NCBI GenBank assembly: GCA_039621445.1
Contig: CP154954.1
Span: 11,712,716 to 11,776,715 of the forward strand
DNA: 64,000 nt
Reading direction: 5' to 3'
Source: Euglena gracilis
Taxonomy: Eukaryota
The notes under the pieces are model-generated. The model was not told the DNA's origin and did no database searches. It saw only the letters and a list, made by a program, of their open reading frames with translations. Below are positions 59,801-64,000 of this stretch, one piece after another (within the stretch, counting starts at the first letter, position 1; the number at the start of each line of letters is the position of its first letter). The position numbers were made by a program, and so were the translations under genes.

Positions 59801-62800
59801 TTGGCAGCTTTCAACAGGTCAAAAAAAGCCTTCTTTGCAGCATCCTTCGCCAATACATTTCGAAGGTTAGCGGGTCATGATACAGCAAAAAGCCTAAAAT
59901 GTCCAAAACGGGGTCAAAGGGGTCGTTTTTGTCGAGGTGGCAACCAACCCAGAAATTTTCCCGGAAATTTTTGGAGTAAAAGTTGACGGGTACCCGTGAA
60001 CTTTTCCGTGAAAAAAAACAGCAAAAAAAATTTGGGCAGACAACGCGGGCTAGGTCAACCCCATGGCAGGTTGGGAAGGAGAGTCATTCCACCAGTGGCA
60101 CACCTTTCAGACTACAAGAGGTGTGCCCCCCAAGAAAACAATACGGTCCACAGTATCGGTGACCATTTCAATGCTGAAATGCGGAGGGGTAGGCTGGACA
60201 TTGGGTGCATGGGCTGGTGGAATGGCATCCCTGGGGTCGGGGTGAACCCGTTTCTGTTCTGAGAGGCGCCACCAGCAAGCACCTCTGGTCATCCATGCCC
60301 CTAGGCCCAGCATCGCCCAGCATCGCCCAGCATCGCCTTTGGAGCCCTTGAAGGTGTACCTTTTATGCCTGCTGCTTTTGCCACTCTCGCCCACTTTTGG
60401 CTACTTTTGGCCATCTTTGGTTGCTTTTGACCACTGTGACTGCTTTTTGAACGCTTTTGCCCACATTTGCTGCCTTTTGACCAATTTTGACTGCTTCTTG
60501 ACCACTTTTACTGCTTTTTGCCCACTTTTGCCCATTTCCAACCACCTTTGCAGCTTTTTTGATCACTTTTGCTGCTTTTTGACCACTTTTGACCACTTCT
60601 GCCTGCTTTTTGACCACTTTTGACAACTTTTGCTGCTTTTTGACCACTTTTGCCCACGTTTGCTACTTTTTTGCCCACTTTTGGTCATTGTTGCTGCTTT
60701 TTGATCACTTTTGCTGCTTTTTGACCACTTTGTTGCTATTTGACCACCTTTGCCCACTTTTGCCTGCTTTTGACCACTTTTGCTGCTTTTTGACCACTTT
60801 TGTCCCACTTTTGCCTGCTTTTTGACAGCACAAGATGTGGTGTGCAGGCCTATGAGATGGCAACATCGAGTGCAAGTTGCAAGCCTCTTGCCGGTCAGAC
60901 AAACAGAGACCAAAACAGTTGTTGTGCTGGAGGGTGGAGGGTGGCACCCCTGCAATTGCAACGGGGTGTCGACCAAACACCCCGTCTAGACCAGACTGGA
61001 TCTGCGGCGAGTGTAAGTGTTCAGAGGTTACACCAACAACAACCAAGGAAGGACACAGCAAAATGGCGTTGTCCAGCATTTGCACCTTGTCCACCATCTG
61101 CATCTTGTCCAGCATCGGCACCTTGTCCAGCATCGGCACCTTATCAGTATTTGCAACGTTGTCCGGTGTCTGCATCCACTTCATCTTGTCCAGTATCTGC
61201 TTCTTGTCCAGCATCTGCATCTTGTCTAGTATCTGCATGTTGTCCAGCATTTGCATCTTGTCCAGCATCTGCACCTTGTGCAGCATCGGCACCTTGTCCA
61301 GCATCGGCATCTTATCAGTATCTGCATCTTGTCCACCATCTGCTGTTGTCCAGTATCTGCATGTTGTCCAGCATTTGCATCTTGTCCAGTATCTGCACCT
61401 TGTGCAGCATCGGCACCTTGTCCAGCATCGGCATCTTATCAGTATCTGCATCTTGTCCACCATCTGCTGTTGTCCAGTATCTGCATCCACTTCATCTTGT
61501 CCAGCATCGGCATCTTGTCTGGTATGTACATCTTGTCCAACGCCTGCATCTTGTCCAGCATTTGCATCTTGTCCAGAGTCTGTCCAGTATTCATCCAATG
61601 GCACCCAACCTAGCCAAAATAACCACAAAAGCCCAAAAATGACCACAAAAACCCAAAATTGACCACAAAAAGCCCCCAAAAAGCAACCAAAATGACCCAA
61701 AATGCCTCAAATGACAAAAAAAATACCCAAAAACGCCAAAAGATTGTGAAAAATGACCCAAAATCACCACAAAGGCAGAAAATGGCCCACAATGCCATAA
61801 AATGCTCATATTGACCCAAATTAGCCTAATATTTGCCAACTCAGTGACAAATAACCCCCAAATTAGCAAAAATTGATCCATAATGGCCAAAATGGGTGTA
61901 AGACTGGAGAATTGGAGGGAAATTATCCCAGAAATGGGTTTAATTCTTCAAAATGTACAAAAAAAATGCCAGCATCGCCCAGCATCGCCCAGCATCGCCC
62001 TGCATCGCCCAGCATCGCCCAGCATCGGAACCCCACCTCTGGTCTCCAAAATTCCAGCATCGCCCAGCATCGCCCAGCATCGCCCAGCATCGCCCAGCAT
62101 CATCAGAGGTGCTTGGCCACCAGGGGGTGGATCGCCACCCTTTGCCTCTGGTGGCCTTGTCTAGGGCACTAATTGACCAGGTTTTGGTCAACAGCTCTTT
62201 GCAGCAAATGGGATGGTGATGCATTTCCCCCGATAAGGCCTGGAAAGGATGGGGGTCCTTAGACAAGTGAATAAGCGCGAATGAAAAAAAAAATGTGGTG
62301 CTTCACACCAAAACTGATTTCCCAACCTTTTGGTGCTTGTTCATCTTGGAGGCATTAGGTCACGGTTTGGAAAAAAGCTCAACTTCCTCTGGGTGGACGG
62401 GCCGACATCAGAGGTGAAACCGAGAGAAAATATCATCGGGGTTCAGTGAACTCCTGTGCGTTTGGTGAAAAATATTGGACGTAAACAAGCCCTGTGCAGG
62501 CAAGGACAGTCATCCCTAATTTTTGGCCTCCGGTGGGATCCGGTGGGATCCGGTGGGATCCGGTAGCTGTCCTTGCCTGGCCCATAAGGAAATGCGCATC
62601 CAAAAAAGCATGCAAAATTCATTGGCACTGGATCGAAACCACAAGAAGCTCAACAAACCTTAATCCATACCCGTAAAGGAATTCTGAATGGTAGGTATTT
62701 TCTGCAGAAAATTTTATTTGGAAAAATGTTGGACAAAATGTTATCTGGAAGGGAAAAATGATGGTTGCAAAACCCTTTTTTGAGGAAATGCAAAAGCGCT

Positions 62801-63709
62801 GATTCCAAAAATTGTATTTTTCCAACTCAAAAATTTAAAAAAAAAACTGAAAAACATTTTTTCAATTCAATTTTAAGGAAGGTTCCAGGTGCTTCGTTTT
62901 TAGGTTCTTGCTGGAGAAGTTTGCTGAAGCCATGAGCACAGGGATCCCCACCATTTCAGAAGAGACAATCATTTGCCATATGCGGCATCCAAGCTGTCTG
63001 CCATTTCACATTTTCCGGAGGTCAGGTCAAAAAGTCATTTAAAGCTCCACACGTGGGCAAAAACATTCAATGGTCATAAAAAATTCAAGCCGCAAAATTA
63101 TTTTCATTTTGGGGCAATTTGGGGCATTTCGGGCGAAACTTGAGACATTTTGGGCCATTTTAGGCCACTTTAGTCCATTTTAGGCCTTGTCAGGCCATTT
63201 TTGCTATAGCTGCTGGGTTGCAATTTAGTGGTCAGATATCAATCCTTTTTAGCTTCACACAAATGGGATAAAATGTGTTTGCTTGTTTGTTTGTCAGAGG
63301 GGCAGGCTCCTCAACCATCGTCCACCAAATCCACCGGTTGCCATCCACATACACGGAAATCATCACCTGATGGCTTCAAATTGTCCACCGAAAAGAAATT
63401 TTGTGCAACAGAATATTTCCCATTTTAGGCCATTTCAGGTCATTCCAGGGACCCCCCCCCATAGGGGGTCAAAAGGTCATTGTAGGCCATATTTGGCCAT
63501 TTCAGGGCATTTTGGGCCATTTTAACGAAATGTGGTACACACGGGTTGATTCCAACTGGGGAAACCCATAGAAAAGCCAGCAAGAGCCAAAGGCAAAGGC
63601 GGCTGTGGTCAACAGCCCATGGAGGCAACCTCTGAGCAGGATTCCCTGCCGGTTGCGCCGCTTCCACACCTCAATCGTAACAGCTTGCCGCACGGCTTCC
63701 GGGCAGCGA
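53132..63709 (-). CDS. 3' part of a third multi-exon gene, unknown product (5' end probably beyond the right edge)
   Basis: GC3-rich exon candidates: 53132-53189 LFIPHTHEWEHTATSSIE*, 54508-54590, ~55507-55570 (join gives RAARCPVCTASADC), ~55785-55815, ~63590-63709 EAVRQAVTIEVWKRRNRQG. The last intron has complementary ends CAAAGAG / CTCCTTTG. No family recognised. Confidence 0.45.
53413..53510. mobile_element. Small TA-flanked MITE
   Basis: (C)nTTGTCGTTGACA...TGTCAACGACAA(G)n followed by TA; relative at ~30053-30250. Confidence 0.65.
53511..54111. repeat. (TATG)n-(CATG)n-(CACG)n-(TATG)n compound tetramer array
   Basis: Direct reading. Confidence 0.95.
56351..57483. mobile_element. Element bounded by ~200-bp near-identical direct repeats (LTR-like or tandem partial duplication)
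   Basis: 56351-56551 and 57283-57483 differ at only a handful of positions; ~730-bp non-coding interior; no TG...CA termini. Confidence 0.6.
57615..57985. mobile_element. Tc1/mariner-like MITE, TA-flanked
   Basis: TA-(C)nTATGTCCAACGACC...GGTCGTTGGACATA(G)n-TA; truncated relative starts near 32545. Confidence 0.85.
58561..60054. mobile_element. 1.5-kb TIR element with a Cys-containing ORF remnant; left arm homologous to 9530-10072
   Basis: TIR CCTAGCCCGCGTTGTCAGCCCA / TGGGCAGACAACGCGGGCTAGG (21/22); the first ~550 bp align by eye with 9530-10072. Confidence 0.8.
60360..60825. repeat. Degenerate ~11/22-bp array (ttttgaccact/tttgctgctt)
   Basis: Direct reading. Confidence 0.85.
61068..61590. 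repeat. 18-bp minisatellite (ttgtccagcatctgcatc)n
   Basis: Direct reading; higher-order duplication visible. Confidence 0.9.
61969..62101. repeat. (CCAGCATCGC)n decamer arrays; also 60306-60336
   Basis: Direct reading. Confidence 0.9.
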
Positions 63710-64000
63710 CTCCCAGAGGAATGGGGAGAGACTTCTTCGGAAACGGAGTTTTCGGGGTGATTCTTTTTACTCCATACCGAGCTTCGGTCTGGATTCCACT
63801 TCCACTTCCAAGTTCAAAACCTACGACAGCGTAAAATCCGCACATGACCCACGTGACCCAGCAGGTTGGACTTCAAACAAAAATCCTCACCAATTCAGCA
63901 TTTCAGAACAACTGAAGGAGCCTGGCCCGAAATAGGGGAAAGCGTGGGAAGCTGTACAATTAGGTGTCGGCGGGGGCGATTGGTTGATGGGCGCAGGCTG

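Overview
Eukaryotic, intron-dense, repeat-rich nuclear DNA. The intron grammar (N3-CAG...CTG-N5/6|R nonconventional introns mixed with GT-AG) points to a euglenid (Euglena-like); this is an inference. The long ORFs in the track are mostly microsatellite artefacts; the real coding sequence is a set of short GC3-rich exons on the minus strand. Three genes can be pieced together by eye: (1) a type II membrane O-fucosyltransferase-like glycosyltransferase (ATG 16012, running off the left edge); (2) a CCAR1/DBC1-family protein (ATG 51390, stop 17027, about 30 exons) with a long DDYGGKG/GKG-repeat N-terminus, RS tract, DBC1 domain, acidic region and C-terminal EF-hand-like motif; (3) the 3' part of an unidentified gene (stop 53132). 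The introns hold nested DNA transposons: hAT-like MITEs (CAG...CTG, 8-bp TSD), 7-bp-TSD MITEs, TA-flanked Tc1/mariner-like MITEs, MULE-like elements with a DGTF transposase remnant, and a direct-repeat element. Main observation: the nonconventional intron geometry (3 nt + CAG...CTG + 5 nt) equals a CAG...CTG transposon plus exactly one 8-bp TSD. Four introns still carry 6-7/8 direct repeats at the predicted positions and two have MITE-like ends, which suggests hAT-like MITEs act as introners here. Exon coordinates are hand-derived and some are approximate.
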